Positions 10,247 to 20,154 of a stretch of DNA of 61,332 nt are shown piece after piece. The translations under genes were made by a program, and so were the position numbers. Below the pieces are notes generated by a model. It was not told the origin of the DNA and did not search any database. It saw only the letters and a program-made list of their open reading frames with translations. The DNA is from Candidatus Peribacteria bacterium (GTDB lineage Bacteria; Patescibacteriota; Gracilibacteria; UBA1369; 2-02-FULL-48-14). Location: contig CALRCE010000004.1 of assembly GCA_943354505.1 (NCBI GenBank), positions 1-61,332 on the forward strand, read 5' to 3'. The number at the start of each line of letters is the position of its first letter. Positions within the stretch are counted from its first letter, which is position 1.

Positions 10247-10665
10247 TTGTCTCTCGCCGTAAGATGAATTATTTCTGGTGGGATTTTTCTAACACGGATT
10301 TTAGACTCCTTGTTCAAAAACATTTTTACGAGTCGATGGAGTCCATCCAAGGTCAGCCACTTCCCCTTCTTGTTTCTCATGATGTCGATCGGATAAGAAG
10401 TGTCGCAGTCTTTGATTTTATCTCTATGGTATGGGTATGCCTCCAAATCACTTATCACTTCTCTGGGTGTGATCACAATATTTCCCTCTTCATCTTCCCA
10501 AAAAGGCACTTCTAAAATCCAAAGCAGCTCATCCATGTTCATTTCCTCTACTGGTACTTTCAATGCCCATAACTTGTTGTTATCTCGCCAAAACGGCAAA
10601 TCAAAAGAATGTTCTTCATGACGAGGATCAACGTAGATCTCTTTTTTTGGCTTTTTCTTAGACAT
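10243..10665 (-). CDS. Hypothetical protein with ParB/Srx-like motif
   Basis: YPIDI...WLTLDGLHRL resembles the DGxHR motif of the ParB/sulfiredoxin fold; ATGA-coupled to the GNAT gene. Confidence 0.55.
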   Translation of the reverse strand: MSKKKPKKEIYVDPRHEEHSFDLPFWRDNNKLWALKVPVEEMNMDELLWILEVPFWEDEEGNIVITPREVISDLEAYPYHRDKIKDCDTSYPIDIMRNKKGKWLTLDGLHRLVKMFLNKESKIRVRKIPPEIIHLTARDK

Positions 10666-10701
10666 GGTAGAAGTATAACAAAATCTGTAAAATATGCTTA
10701 T

Positions 10702-11466
10702 ATGAAAACAATCGTTGCCATTGGCGGTTATCTCAAAGAAGGTGGTGAGGGTACAGGCAGTTGGTTTGATACACCCCTAGAAATCGACAAGGAAATTTGC
10801 GGACTCACTGGCAAAGCTCATCCGAAAGTACTTTTCATACCGACTGCGAGTAGTGATTCGGAAGCTTATGAACTTGCTTTTAGGAAAAATTACGAAGGCA
10901 AACTCAAGTGTGAAGTGGATGTGCTTCGACTTATCCTAGAAAAGCCTAGTTCTAAAGCAATTCAAGCTAAGATTGATTGGGCGGATTTGATTTACGTGGG
11001 TGGAGGCAACACCTTAAAAATGATGAAAAAATGGCGACGACTTGGCGTGGACAAAGTCCTCAAGCAGGCTTGGGAACAAGGAAAAATTCTTTGTGGAGTC
11101 AGTGCGGGTTCCATTTGTTGGTTTGAATATGGCGTGAGCGACAGTCTTCACTTTTACAACAAGGAGGAAACGAAATATCTCAAAGTTCGCGGCCTGGGTT
11201 TTCTGAAAGGCGTTCACAATCCACACTTTGGAAGTGAAACGGAAGACAATCAGCACCGTACCAAGGGTATGAAGGAAGTGATGCGGCGTTCTAAAGAGAA
11301 ATGTCTGGCGATTCCTGATGCTTGTGCAGTGATTTTTGAGGGAGACCAGTATCGAGTCATAGGCAAGCCTGAAGTCAGTCAGGCTTGGTATGAGGGAGGG
11401 AAGTACCATGAGCAGCAAATTCCGAGGGAAGGGCTGTCCGTTTTTCCTGCACCTTCAAGTTTATAG
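10702..11466 (+). CDS. pepE: Peptidase S51 (dipeptidase E-like)
   Basis: IVAIGG, LFIPTASSD, IYVGGGNT, GVSAGSICWF, NPHF; start at MKTIVAIGG. Confidence 0.88.
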   Translation: MKTIVAIGGYLKEGGEGTGSWFDTPLEIDKEICGLTGKAHPKVLFIPTASSDSEAYELAFRKNYEGKLKCEVDVLRLILEKPSSKAIQAKIDWADLIYVGGGNTLKMMKKWRRLGVDKVLKQAWEQGKILCGVSAGSICWFEYGVSDSLHFYNKEETKYLKVRGLGFLKGVHNPHFGSETEDNQHRTKGMKEVMRRSKEKCLAIPDACAVIFEGDQYRVIGKPEVSQAWYEGGKYHEQQIPREGLSVFPAPSSL

Positions 11467-12232
11467 CGTGAGCCAGAGTGTGATGAGCCTTACACAGCGG
11501 CGCTAAATAGTGTGGATCGTGCAAATGGCTGAGCGAAAAGGTTTGAGTGTGGTGGAGTTGCTGCGCTGGCTTTTTGCAGGTTCGAATTGAGCATTTGCTG
11601 CCGTGTTCTTTTTGGATGATCTTTTTGATCCGAACTGGCACGTAGCGTGAGTGAGTTTCGTTCAACTTTTCTGCGATGGTGATTTTTTCTTCTGCGATTT
11701 CTTGCTCACGTTGGTCTAAGAATTCGGTGAGTAGTTTGTCTAGATCGAGGCCTTTTTCTTGAAGTTTCACAAGTCGCTCGGTGACTTCGGCGCTGAGCTT
11801 TAGAGTGTGCCCGGGCACAAGTTTTTCCTCGATTTTTGCCTCAAGTAAGCCATCTCTCACAAAAACTTCGAGAGCATGTTTGGGCAAAATTTTCACCGCT
11901 TCAGCCAAGGCTTGCTCATTTTCTGGGCTGGCGATCGAAGCGACTCGAGCGAGTTTGTGAACGCTCACAGTTCCAGACACGAGTAAGTTTTTTAGCGTTG
12001 GCGTCTCCGCAAAACGCTTCTCCAGGGAGAGCACTCGACGCACTTGCTCTTCGCTGAGGCCCGCCAGTTTGAAAGAAAATTCGAAGATGGATGAGAAGCC
12101 TTTTCGTTCAAAAAGGCGGCGGCGCTGAATTTCGGGCAAAAGTCCCATGAATTTACGTCGCCACCTGAGGGCATTTTCGCCGTAAAATTTTGCCTTTCGA
12201 AGGAGTTCTTGATCGGTGAGCTGAGAGTTCAT
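11375..12232 (-). CDS. HNH endonuclease signature protein
   Basis: CSIRTC...LHH...LAPLCKAHHTLAH Zn/HNH-type C-terminus after a helical N-domain. Confidence 0.75.
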   Translation of the reverse strand: MNSQLTDQELLRKAKFYGENALRWRRKFMGLLPEIQRRRLFERKGFSSIFEFSFKLAGLSEEQVRRVLSLEKRFAETPTLKNLLVSGTVSVHKLARVASIASPENEQALAEAVKILPKHALEVFVRDGLLEAKIEEKLVPGHTLKLSAEVTERLVKLQEKGLDLDKLLTEFLDQREQEIAEEKITIAEKLNETHSRYVPVRIKKIIQKEHGSKCSIRTCKKPAQQLHHTQTFSLSHLHDPHYLAPLCKAHHTLAHAINLKVQEKRTALPSEFAAHGTSLPHTKPD

Positions 12233-12362
12233 GGTTTGTGAGTTTAGATGCTTTTATTTTAGCTCTGAAAAGAGAATTTCAACAGGTTTAAAAGTGAATT
12301 TTTACATGACAAAATGATGGGTGAGTATAGATTCACCTTTTACCTAAAAATCCCGCCCGGAA

Positions 12363-13337
12363 TCACAGTCCTTCTTGTCCTTCAGCGTAGCGAGCCCACT
12401 TCATTTGTAGGTTGTTGTTTGGAGCTGTCTGATCCGCTTCCACTCGCCAGTCCCAACCGTGGCCGCGCATGGTTTCCTGCAAAATGCCCATTTTAGTGGA
12501 CTCGTCCGATCCATCTGGAAACTCCATGTGATCCGTATAATCTGTGTTGTATAAAGTAAAAATTTGGAAAGTTTCACCCTCGTTGAGTTCGTACTTTTCA
12601 GCGAATGCTTCCACTCTTTTTTGGACCTCTCCTGTCTCCCAAAGTGATTCACCGACGATTTGTAGGCCATAGTAAAAACCTTCTTCAGTCAAACTTCGAG
12701 CGGGAATATCTTCACCCAACAAAGTGTCTAAGAATGTGTACCCTCCATACGAACCGATGTTTTCGGATTCTGGAAAACCTATGCTGGTGATCCACTCGGC
12801 TACTCCTTCCGCTATTGTTGAGTTGTCGGCGGCATCTTTTCCTCCTTCATTTGAAAGGCTATGCGTCAACTCATGAAAAGTGTAGTAAGGCTTTCTTTCA
12901 ACAGTCGTATAAACTTGGATGTGAGTCCCTCCATTTTGTGCACCTCCTTCAAGACCTTGATCCCTTGCATCCTTCATCCACAGCTTAATTCCTGGCTGAA
13001 CGGCATTTATCTTTGCTGCCAATTCTGGAGGAGAGATTTTTAGCGTACGACTCACGTTGAGCCAAGCACAAGCGAGCTCTGTGCGAAGGGCTTCATCCAT
13101 CCATTCTTCATCAACAAACTTTTTATTTTGTGCTTCAAATGCATAAATCACCATTTGTCTTCCTTGAGGTTTAAGCGCCTCCTTCAATAAATCCATCTCT
13201 GCTTTGGGATAATCTTCTCCGTCCAAACAAGCTGAGGCTATTTTCAATGGAACTTCATCCCCGAGGTCCCGCTCTGGGCTTGGTTGAGATGTGCATCCTC
13301 CGAGAGCGACTAAACTGAGTGCTAAAAATTCTTTCAT
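12363..13337 (-). CDS. Hypothetical lipoprotein, putative zincin metallopeptidase
   Basis: Lipobox LGGC; FHELTH followed by EGVAEW (gluzincin-like spacing). Confidence 0.65.
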   Translation of the reverse strand: MKEFLALSLVALGGCTSQPSPERDLGDEVPLKIASACLDGEDYPKAEMDLLKEALKPQGRQMVIYAFEAQNKKFVDEEWMDEALRTELACAWLNVSRTLKISPPELAAKINAVQPGIKLWMKDARDQGLEGGAQNGGTHIQVYTTVERKPYYTFHELTHSLSNEGGKDAADNSTIAEGVAEWITSIGFPESENIGSYGGYTFLDTLLGEDIPARSLTEEGFYYGLQIVGESLWETGEVQKRVEAFAEKYELNEGETFQIFTLYNTDYTDHMEFPDGSDESTKMGILQETMRGHGWDWRVEADQTAPNNNLQMKWARYAEGQEGL

Positions 13338-13424
13338 GAAATATTTTCTTTATTTTGTCAAGTTCTTTAGCTTTTGTCAAGATCGGGAAGCTTTGTGTAT
13401 AGTGTGTTTCTGTTAACTTGCTCT

Positions 13425-15437
13425 ATGCTCGCTTCTGACCTTCGCCAACGCTTCCTCAACTTCTTTGCTCAAAAACATGGGCACAAGATCATTCCCGGCT
13501 CCAGTTTGATTCCTGAAAATGATCCGACCGTGTTGTTTACGACGGCAGGAATGCATCCACTTGTGCCTTTTTTGATGGGGGAAAAGCACCCGGAAGGAAC
13601 GCGACTCACGGATGTGCAAAAGTGTGTACGAACCGGAGACATCGACGAAGTGGGCGACCCAACGCATCTCACTTTTTTCGAAATGCTCGGGAACTGGTCG
13701 CTCGGGGATTATTTCAAAGAAGGCGCGATTCAAATGTCTTTTGAATTCATGACGAGTTCGGTTGCGGAAGGGGGCCTCGGCATCGACCCTAAAAATTTGG
13801 CAGTGACGTGTTTTGAAGGTGATGAAAATGCAGCTCGAGACGAAGAAGCGGCTGGCATTTGGTCCAGGCTCGGCATGCCGAAAGAACGCATCGCTTTTTT
13901 GCCCAAAGAAGACAACTGGTGGGGACCTGCGGGACTCACAGGACCTTGTGGTCCGGACACTGAAATGTTCCACTGGACGGGCGACGGTGCTGCTCCCGAA
14001 ATTTACGATCCTAAAGACAAACGTTGGGTGGAGATTTGGAACGATGTGTTCATGCAATACAATAAAAATGAGGATGGGACCTTCACTCCGCTGACTCAGC
14101 AAAATGTGGACACCGGAATGGGGCTCGAACGTGTGACCTGTATTTTGCAGGGCAAGAAAAGCCCTTATGACACCGAACTGTTTTTGGAAGTCATGGAAAA
14201 GATTCGTAGCCTTTCGAGCGGATCCAATGCTTTGAGCGAACGAATCATTGCCGATCATCTTCGCACTTCCACTTTTATTTTGGGGGACGAACGTGGGGTG
14301 ATGCCTTCGAATGTGGATCAAGGTTATGTGCTTCGACGACTCATTCGTCGTGCGATTCGTCATGGACGAAAGCTCGGTATTCAAGGCTCTTTCACCGCGG
14401 ATTTGGCAAAGATTTTTGTGCGCAACTACGGTTCCGTTTACAAGGAACTGGCGAAGTACGAAGACCGCATTGTGAGTGCACTTGAAAAAGAAGAGGAACA
14501 ATTCCAAAAAGCCCTCGACAACGGCGAACAAGAACTCGCCAAAGATGTGGAACGTGTGGCGGAAGGCTTGGATGCTTTAATAAAGGACACCAAAGTGGCT
14601 CGTTTGGAACTGGGCCTCAATGTGCTCAGCCAAGTGGTGGGCAACAAGGAAGCTCTCGCGGCTTTGAATCAAACCTTGCGTCCCGTGCTGGGGAAACTTC
14701 GCGGCGAATTCAAGGGAGAAGCGGCTGAGAAAACAGTGGACGAGTCCGTGCTTGTGAAAGTGCGTGAGACCGCTCAGGGCTTGAAAGACGGTGGATGGAT
14801 GCTGCGTGGAGATCGTGCATTTTTTTACTTCGAAAGTTTTGGTTTCCCTCTGGAAATGACCGTAGAAATCATGCGGGAACATGGGGTCACCGTGGAACAA
14901 GAAGGTTTTCAAAAAGCATTCAGCCAACATCAAGAAAAATCCCGCGCAGGCTCTGAACAAAAGTTTGCCGGAGGACTGGCGGACCATAGTTTTGAAACGA
15001 CCAAATTGCACACCGCGACTCATTTGATGCTCGAGGCACTGCGTCGCGTGCTGGGGAAAACCGTGGAACAAAAAGGCTCCAACATCACTCAAGAGCGTTT
15101 GCGTTTTGACTTCAACTATCCTGACAAACTGACCCCTGAACAAATCGCTCAAGTCGAAAAGTTTGTGAACGATGCGATTCAAGAAGACTACCCCATCCAC
15201 TTCGAAGAAATGACCGTGGAGGAGGCTCGAAAAATCGATGCAACGGGAGTCTTTGTGGACAAGTACGAAGGTGAGTTGGCTGGTCGTGTGAAGGTTTACT
15301 TCATGGGGAACTACTCCAAGGAAATCTGTGGAGGACCTCACGTGGAACACACAGGACTGCTCGGCGCAAAGTTCACGATCGTCAAAGAAGAGGCGTCTTC
15401 TGCGGGCATTCGACGCATTCGTGCGATTCTGAAATAA
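13425..15437 (+). CDS. alaS: Alanine--tRNA ligase (short form without C-Ala domain, with internal insertion)
   Basis: DPTVLFTTAGM, HLTFFEMLGNWS, GPCGPDTE, EIWNDVFMQY, DTGMGLER, HTATH, CGGPHV. Confidence 0.97.
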   Translation: MLASDLRQRFLNFFAQKHGHKIIPGSSLIPENDPTVLFTTAGMHPLVPFLMGEKHPEGTRLTDVQKCVRTGDIDEVGDPTHLTFFEMLGNWSLGDYFKEGAIQMSFEFMTSSVAEGGLGIDPKNLAVTCFEGDENAARDEEAAGIWSRLGMPKERIAFLPKEDNWWGPAGLTGPCGPDTEMFHWTGDGAAPEIYDPKDKRWVEIWNDVFMQYNKNEDGTFTPLTQQNVDTGMGLERVTCILQGKKSPYDTELFLEVMEKIRSLSSGSNALSERIIADHLRTSTFILGDERGVMPSNVDQGYVLRRLIRRAIRHGRKLGIQGSFTADLAKIFVRNYGSVYKELAKYEDRIVSALEKEEEQFQKALDNGEQELAKDVERVAEGLDALIKDTKVARLELGLNVLSQVVGNKEALAALNQTLRPVLGKLRGEFKGEAAEKTVDESVLVKVRETAQGLKDGGWMLRGDRAFFYFESFGFPLEMTVEIMREHGVTVEQEGFQKAFSQHQEKSRAGSEQKFAGGLADHSFETTKLHTATHLMLEALRRVLGKTVEQKGSNITQERLRFDFNYPDKLTPEQIAQVEKFVNDAIQEDYPIHFEEMTVEEARKIDATGVFVDKYEGELAGRVKVYFMGNYSKEICGGPHVEHTGLLGAKFTIVKEEASSAGIRRIRAILK

Positions 15438-15447
15438 GTAAAAAACT

Positions 15448-15476
15448 TGTAACGAAAGCCCCATTCGGAACGTATA
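15448..15476 (+). promoter_or_regulatory. Putative ECF-sigma promoter
   Basis: TGTAAC-N17-CGTATA resembles AAC/CGT ECF promoter motifs. Confidence 0.45.
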
Positions 15477-15509
15477 CATAGACGAAAGGTTCCCCTAAAC
15501 CCTTCGATT

Positions 15510-15614
15510 ATGAAAATCTTTACCTTCTGTCTTCGCCTTTTGTTTATCGCCTTGGGAACGCTCAGTCTTATGGCGGTGAGTCAGCCTTTGGTCCAAGCCT
15601 TTGGTTCGCTTTAG
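15510..15614 (+). CDS. Small hydrophobic peptide, 34 aa (not in the ORF track)
   Basis: MKIFTFCLRLLFIALGTLSLMAVSQPLVQAFGSL*; fills the alaS-miaB gap; its stop overlaps the miaB stop. Confidence 0.5.
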   Translation: MKIFTFCLRLLFIALGTLSLMAVSQPLVQAFGSL

Positions 15615-16999
15615 GCCAATTCCCCCTTCAAATAAAAGACGCTGGATTCTGTGACTTTTACGGAGGTCTCCTTCCCCACCAAGGGGCGGCCGGATTTGAA
15701 TTGAATTTCTTTGAACTCGCGCGTACGTCCACGGCAGGTTTGTCCGATTTGTTCGGTGACGAGCACGTCCACCGTTTTGCCCACCATGGCGGCGTGTTTT
15801 TTCTCGGAGATTGTTTTGAGCAAGTCGTTCATTTTGTGCCAACGCTGTTCTTTGGTTTTGGCAGAAACGTCGTCTTTGAGGCTCTTTTGAGAGTAAGTGC
15901 CTTTGCGAGGTGAATAACGGGAAAGGAAGCACATGTCCCACTCCATTTCTTTGTACATGTTGTAGCTGTTTTCGAATTCTTCTTCGGTTTCGCCGCAAAA
16001 GCCTACGATGATGTCGGTGCTGATGGCGCAATTGGGAATAGCGGCTTGAAGTTTACGCATGATTTCTTTGTATTCGGGCATGCGGTAGTTGCGGTTCATT
16101 CGACGCAAAACGGCATCGTCTCCGGATTGCACAGGCATGTGGATGTAGGGGCAGATGATCTTGAGGCTACCGAGGGTTTGGATGAGTTCGTCGGAAAAAT
16201 CGCGGGGGTGAGGCGAGGTGAAACGAAGTCGGCTCAGTCCTTTTGTGGAGAGCTTGTCCACTTCTCGAAGTAAAGCCGCAAAAGGATTGGCTCCAAACTG
16301 AGCGAAGGCGCCGGATTTTTTGTCGTTGAAACTGAGTCCGTAGGAATTCACGGTTTGGCCCACGAGGGTGATTTCGAGAGCGCCTTCTTCCACGTGTTTT
16401 TCGCATTCGGCGAGGATTTCCTTGAAGTCGCGGCTTTTTTCACGACCGCGGGTGAAGGGCACAATGCAGTAGGTGCAGAATTTGTCGCAGCCTGTGGTGA
16501 TGGGCACGAACACCGAATAGCCCGTGGCTTTGGTGGGGACGATTTGAAAATAATTTTCCAACTCGCCTTCGTCGATTTGATCTTCAAAGGTGAGATCGGG
16601 ATCCACTTCTTTCAGCAGTTCAGGAAGTTTGGCGACTTCTTCAATGCGAAAGGCGATGTCCATTTCGGGCATTGTGACCAACACGGGATCAATTTCTTTT
16701 TTATTTTGACCAACGCTCTCTTCGCTCGCTTTTGGTCTGGTGGAGGTTTTGCGGACCATGCAACCGGTGACAGCAATGCGCAGTTTTGGGTTGGCTTCGC
16801 GGAGTTTGGCTAAAATTTTTCGCAAACCAAAGACTCGATCCTCGGCTTTTTGTTTGACGCTACAGGTATTGAGCACCAAAACGTCGGCGTCTTTTTCATC
16901 CTTGCCGGGGGTGTAGCCCAGCCGTTCCAAGACACTGGCGACGCGCTCCGAGTCGGAGAGGTTCATGGCGCAGCCGAAGGTTTGGATTGCGTATTTCAT
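15611..16999 (-). CDS. miaB: tRNA-2-methylthio-N6-isopentenyladenosine synthase MiaB
   Basis: TFGCAMN, LNTCSV, GCDKFCTYCIVP radical SAM motif, TDIIVGF, C-terminal TRAM. Confidence 0.95.
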   Translation of the reverse strand: MKYAIQTFGCAMNLSDSERVASVLERLGYTPGKDEKDADVLVLNTCSVKQKAEDRVFGLRKILAKLREANPKLRIAVTGCMVRKTSTRPKASEESVGQNKKEIDPVLVTMPEMDIAFRIEEVAKLPELLKEVDPDLTFEDQIDEGELENYFQIVPTKATGYSVFVPITTGCDKFCTYCIVPFTRGREKSRDFKEILAECEKHVEEGALEITLVGQTVNSYGLSFNDKKSGAFAQFGANPFAALLREVDKLSTKGLSRLRFTSPHPRDFSDELIQTLGSLKIICPYIHMPVQSGDDAVLRRMNRNYRMPEYKEIMRKLQAAIPNCAISTDIIVGFCGETEEEFENSYNMYKEMEWDMCFLSRYSPRKGTYSQKSLKDDVSAKTKEQRWHKMNDLLKTISEKKHAAMVGKTVDVLVTEQIGQTCRGRTREFKEIQFKSGRPLVGKETSVKVTESSVFYLKGELA

Positions 17000-17481
17000 A
17001 GAGGAGCCACTTCGTGGACTCCGAAAATAGCAGAAGCAAGCACGTAGGGAAACTTTTTTCGCTTCTCGTTGAAGGCCTGAGAGAGTCCATTCAGTTTGAT
17101 TTTTTGTTCGTTTGCCAAGCGTGATGCTTCTTTAATGTCTTTTTTTGCTTCCAAGTACAGCACCGTTTTGTTGGCATTGTTGTCTAGGTAACTCTGTAGC
17201 AATTTTTCGAATTCTGCTTCGGCAGCTAGGTTGCTCGTGGTGGCGAATTCCGCTTTTTTTCGCGCGAGGAGACTCCAAGAATCCGAAATTTGATTGCCCT
17301 CTCGAGCTCCTTCCAATAAGAAGGGTACCAGGTTGCGACGACGCTCAAAATCCGTGAATAAGACCTGTTCATTTTGGCGTAAATGGTCTAAATCAGTCAT
17401 TAAGTTGTGCCTCAACCACAGCATGGCGATGAAGTAGAGAATGAAAAGGCCGGCAAGTAGAACAATGATATTTTCTAGCAT
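16996..17481 (-). CDS. LemA-like protein
   Basis: N-terminal TM, RRRNLVPFL and FN...FP..LASAIFG; start set at 17481 by TGATG coupling. Confidence 0.6.
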   Translation of the reverse strand: MLENIIVLLAGLFILYFIAMLWLRHNLMTDLDHLRQNEQVLFTDFERRRNLVPFLLEGAREGNQISDSWSLLARKKAEFATTSNLAAEAEFEKLLQSYLDNNANKTVLYLEAKKDIKEASRLANEQKIKLNGLSQAFNEKRKKFPYVLASAIFGVHEVAPL

Positions 17482-18068
17482 CAGGGTGAATTGTGAGTGG
17501 AACATTCGTCGCGCACATCGAGAAGTGCACGAGTGTTTTCGTAGGGGTCTTTTACGTTTTCAATCGAGAAGAAAAGCTCGTTGGCGGCGGTGGTGATTTC
17601 GATCATTCCATAGTGTAAAAGGTGACCGACCAGTCCATTTTCGGTGCCTTTCACGTCTTGAATGTCTTCCACAAGAGCCTCCGAAATTTGTCGGTGAAAA
17701 AGATCGATCTGGTTGTGAGAAACGATGCGTTCATTGGTCACGATCACGAGGTCCAGTTCTTCATTCAGCCAGCGGATGTAGACAAAGAGAACAATGAAAA
17801 GAAGATAAACGAGAAAGGCTAGAACGTAGGTTAGAAACAAATCTCCTTGATTGGATCTCCACAGAAGCTCTCCGAAAAGGATCCCCACGAGGGCTGGCAT
17901 GATTCCGATGATCAAGAAGATGGAAAAAATCTTCACATCAATGATCCAATGCTTACGGATGAGGAGCTCAATCCTTTCGCTGTTTTTTTGCCCTGGGAAC
18001 CGAAATTTTTGATAGTTTTGTCTCAAGAGCAGAGGGCTTTTAGGAGGAGCTGAGCGGAATGTTTCCAA
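17481..18068 (-). CDS. Membrane protein with bacterial PH domain
   Basis: RKHW, two TMs, IVTNERIV, IQDV, YGMIEITTA. Confidence 0.75.
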   Translation of the reverse strand: METFRSAPPKSPLLLRQNYQKFRFPGQKNSERIELLIRKHWIIDVKIFSIFLIIGIMPALVGILFGELLWRSNQGDLFLTYVLAFLVYLLFIVLFVYIRWLNEELDLVIVTNERIVSHNQIDLFHRQISEALVEDIQDVKGTENGLVGHLLHYGMIEITTAANELFFSIENVKDPYENTRALLDVRDECSTHNSP

Positions 18069-19111
18069 GAATAATTTTGAGCGGCTTTCTTTTGTCTCAG
18101 AATGACTGCGTTCCGTTTACTGGGGGCTTGGATTGATTTGAGTATAGCTTCTAGGCTGTTTTTTTTCGAGGGATTCCAGAGGAGGGCGCTGTTCTTAGAG
18201 ACCTCCCGATTCACGGCAAGGTCGTTCACAATGGCAGGAGTGCCCGCGAGCATGGCTTCTAGGAGCGGCAAATTGAAGCCTTCGCTGTCGGAGGCGTGCA
18301 CAAAGGCGTGGGCGTTTTGCAAGAGTGCAAAGACTTCGACATCTGTTTTACTCCCGAGGCGAAGCACCGCCGGGTGCTCTGGGATTTGAGGGTAGAGCTG
18401 GGATTCTTGATGAGGCTCCCCGATGAGGAGCAGGCGGTATTCTGGATGGGTTTTGTAGAGTTCTGTGAAGCGCCGCACCAAGAGCGGCACGTTTTTTCGA
18501 AGTTCGTAACCCCCGAGGTACACGAGGTCTTTGGTGGATGATTTTTGCGCAGATTTTTTGACGAGTGCGAGTTTGGGTGGGGTCACGGCATTGGGCAAGA
18601 GCGTCGCCGCCGGAATTCCCAATTCGTCGTGAGTGGCTTTAGAAACGGTGAACAAATGATCCACGTGAATGAGGGCACGGAGGGCATCGCGGTAGTACTT
18701 TTTTTTGAGTGTGTTCCCTTTGTAACGCTCGTCGTTCCACAGGATCATGTCGTGCACGGTCATGGCGCGCAGGTGAGCACTCGCGGAAGGCAAAGGGCAG
18801 GGGTAAGGATAGTATTCCCAGTCCAATTTTTTTGTGGCAAAGAAGGCGGGAACTTGGACGCTTTCCCAGAACCATTTCTTAAGAGCGGAATGAAGAGGCC
18901 AGGCTTTTGGTTTTAAAACAAAAATTTGTTTTTTAGTCAGACCGAGTTCCTTGACTTGCGCGACGGTGAGCGGCTTGGCGACCACCACGGTGAGTTCTTT
19001 TTTTGAATCCGCAAGAGCTCTGAGTAGCCCTGAGCAGTGCTTGCCGATTCCGGTGTGAGGCTGAGTGAGGAACCAGCCTTGAAAACCAAGTTTAAGAGGA
19101 GTTTTTTTCAT
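18023..19111 (-). CDS. Glycosyltransferase family 4
   Basis: TVHDMI, RKNV, SDSEGFNLPLLEAM; ATGA overlap with murG. Confidence 0.9.
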   Translation of the reverse strand: MKKTPLKLGFQGWFLTQPHTGIGKHCSGLLRALADSKKELTVVVAKPLTVAQVKELGLTKKQIFVLKPKAWPLHSALKKWFWESVQVPAFFATKKLDWEYYPYPCPLPSASAHLRAMTVHDMILWNDERYKGNTLKKKYYRDALRALIHVDHLFTVSKATHDELGIPAATLLPNAVTPPKLALVKKSAQKSSTKDLVYLGGYELRKNVPLLVRRFTELYKTHPEYRLLLIGEPHQESQLYPQIPEHPAVLRLGSKTDVEVFALLQNAHAFVHASDSEGFNLPLLEAMLAGTPAIVNDLAVNREVSKNSALLWNPSKKNSLEAILKSIQAPSKRNAVILRQKKAAQNYSWKHSAQLLLKALCS

Positions 19112-20154
19112 GCGTAGGAAAGAAGAAGCCAAGCGAGTTTTTCGGTAGTGGTGCTGACCACGGGGTGTTTGGGTCGTGTGGGCAAACTGAGCAGCTGAGC
19201 AAGGGCGGGCTCCAGTTCGTTTGCGATCAAAAAAAGATCCGACTCTAAGCTCATGATCTGGGCGTTGGCGACTTGGTCGCCACGGCTGGCGTGCCGGCCG
19301 AGCGGGTAAAGCAAGGCTGGAATTTGGAGGGCGTGTAGCTCGGCCAGGGTGTTGGCGCCGGCACGCGTGAGCGCGAGCGAAGCGAGCGCGTACAGATCGT
19401 TCATTCCTTTGTCCACATAAGCCAGTTGCAAGTAGTGTTTTTCTTTTTTGGCGAGTGACTTCGCTGAGGCCGCAGCGTCTCCACTGATGTGAATCACGTC
19501 AAAGACTTCCGTCAGTTTTTCTTTTTCGGTTTTCAATAGGTTGTTGAGCTGCTGTGAACCACTGCTGCCTCCCATCACGAGCAGCACGGGTCGCTCGCCT
19601 TTAAAACCCGTCATTTTTTTTGCTCTCTGAAGATCTCCATCGTACAAGGTGAGCCGCACGGGGTTCCCCACTACTTCGATTTTTTCTTCGTAACGATGCA
19701 GTTCCAAATGCGCCGTTTCGTAGGCGAGTAAGATTTTTTCTGCGAAGGGTGCTGAGAGTTTGGTGGCGAGTCCGGGAATCGCATCGGAATCATGAATCAC
19801 AATGGGAATGCGTCGTAGCCAAGCGGCCAAAATCACAGGGAAGGCCACAAAGCCTCCTTTGCTGAAAACCACGTGAGGCCGCATGAGCCCCAGCACCCAC
19901 CAAGCTTGGAGGATGCCCAAAGGAATGCGAAAAATATCTAAAAAATTCTGCACATCAAAATAGCGTCGCAACTTTCCAGTGCTGATGGCGTAGTAGGGAA
20001 TTTCTGCCTGCTGGACCAGCATCCTTTCGATGCCGTGTTTGGAGCCGACGTAAAAGAGTTTGGCTTTCGGCTCAAAGGCGCGAATAGCGTCCGCTATAGC
20101 GAGATTGGGTATAACGTGCCCGGCTGTCCCGCCTCCTGTCAGGAGAATATTCAT
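19108..20154 (-). CDS. murG: MurG lipid II GlcNAc transferase
   Basis: TGGGTAGHVIP, SKGGFV, GNPVR, GGSSGS, RAGA, DQVANA. Confidence 0.96.
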   Translation of the reverse strand: MNILLTGGGTAGHVIPNLAIADAIRAFEPKAKLFYVGSKHGIERMLVQQAEIPYYAISTGKLRRYFDVQNFLDIFRIPLGILQAWWVLGLMRPHVVFSKGGFVAFPVILAAWLRRIPIVIHDSDAIPGLATKLSAPFAEKILLAYETAHLELHRYEEKIEVVGNPVRLTLYDGDLQRAKKMTGFKGERPVLLVMGGSSGSQQLNNLLKTEKEKLTEVFDVIHISGDAAASAKSLAKKEKHYLQLAYVDKGMNDLYALASLALTRAGANTLAELHALQIPALLYPLGRHASRGDQVANAQIMSLESDLFLIANELEPALAQLLSLPTRPKHPVVSTTTEKLAWLLLSYA

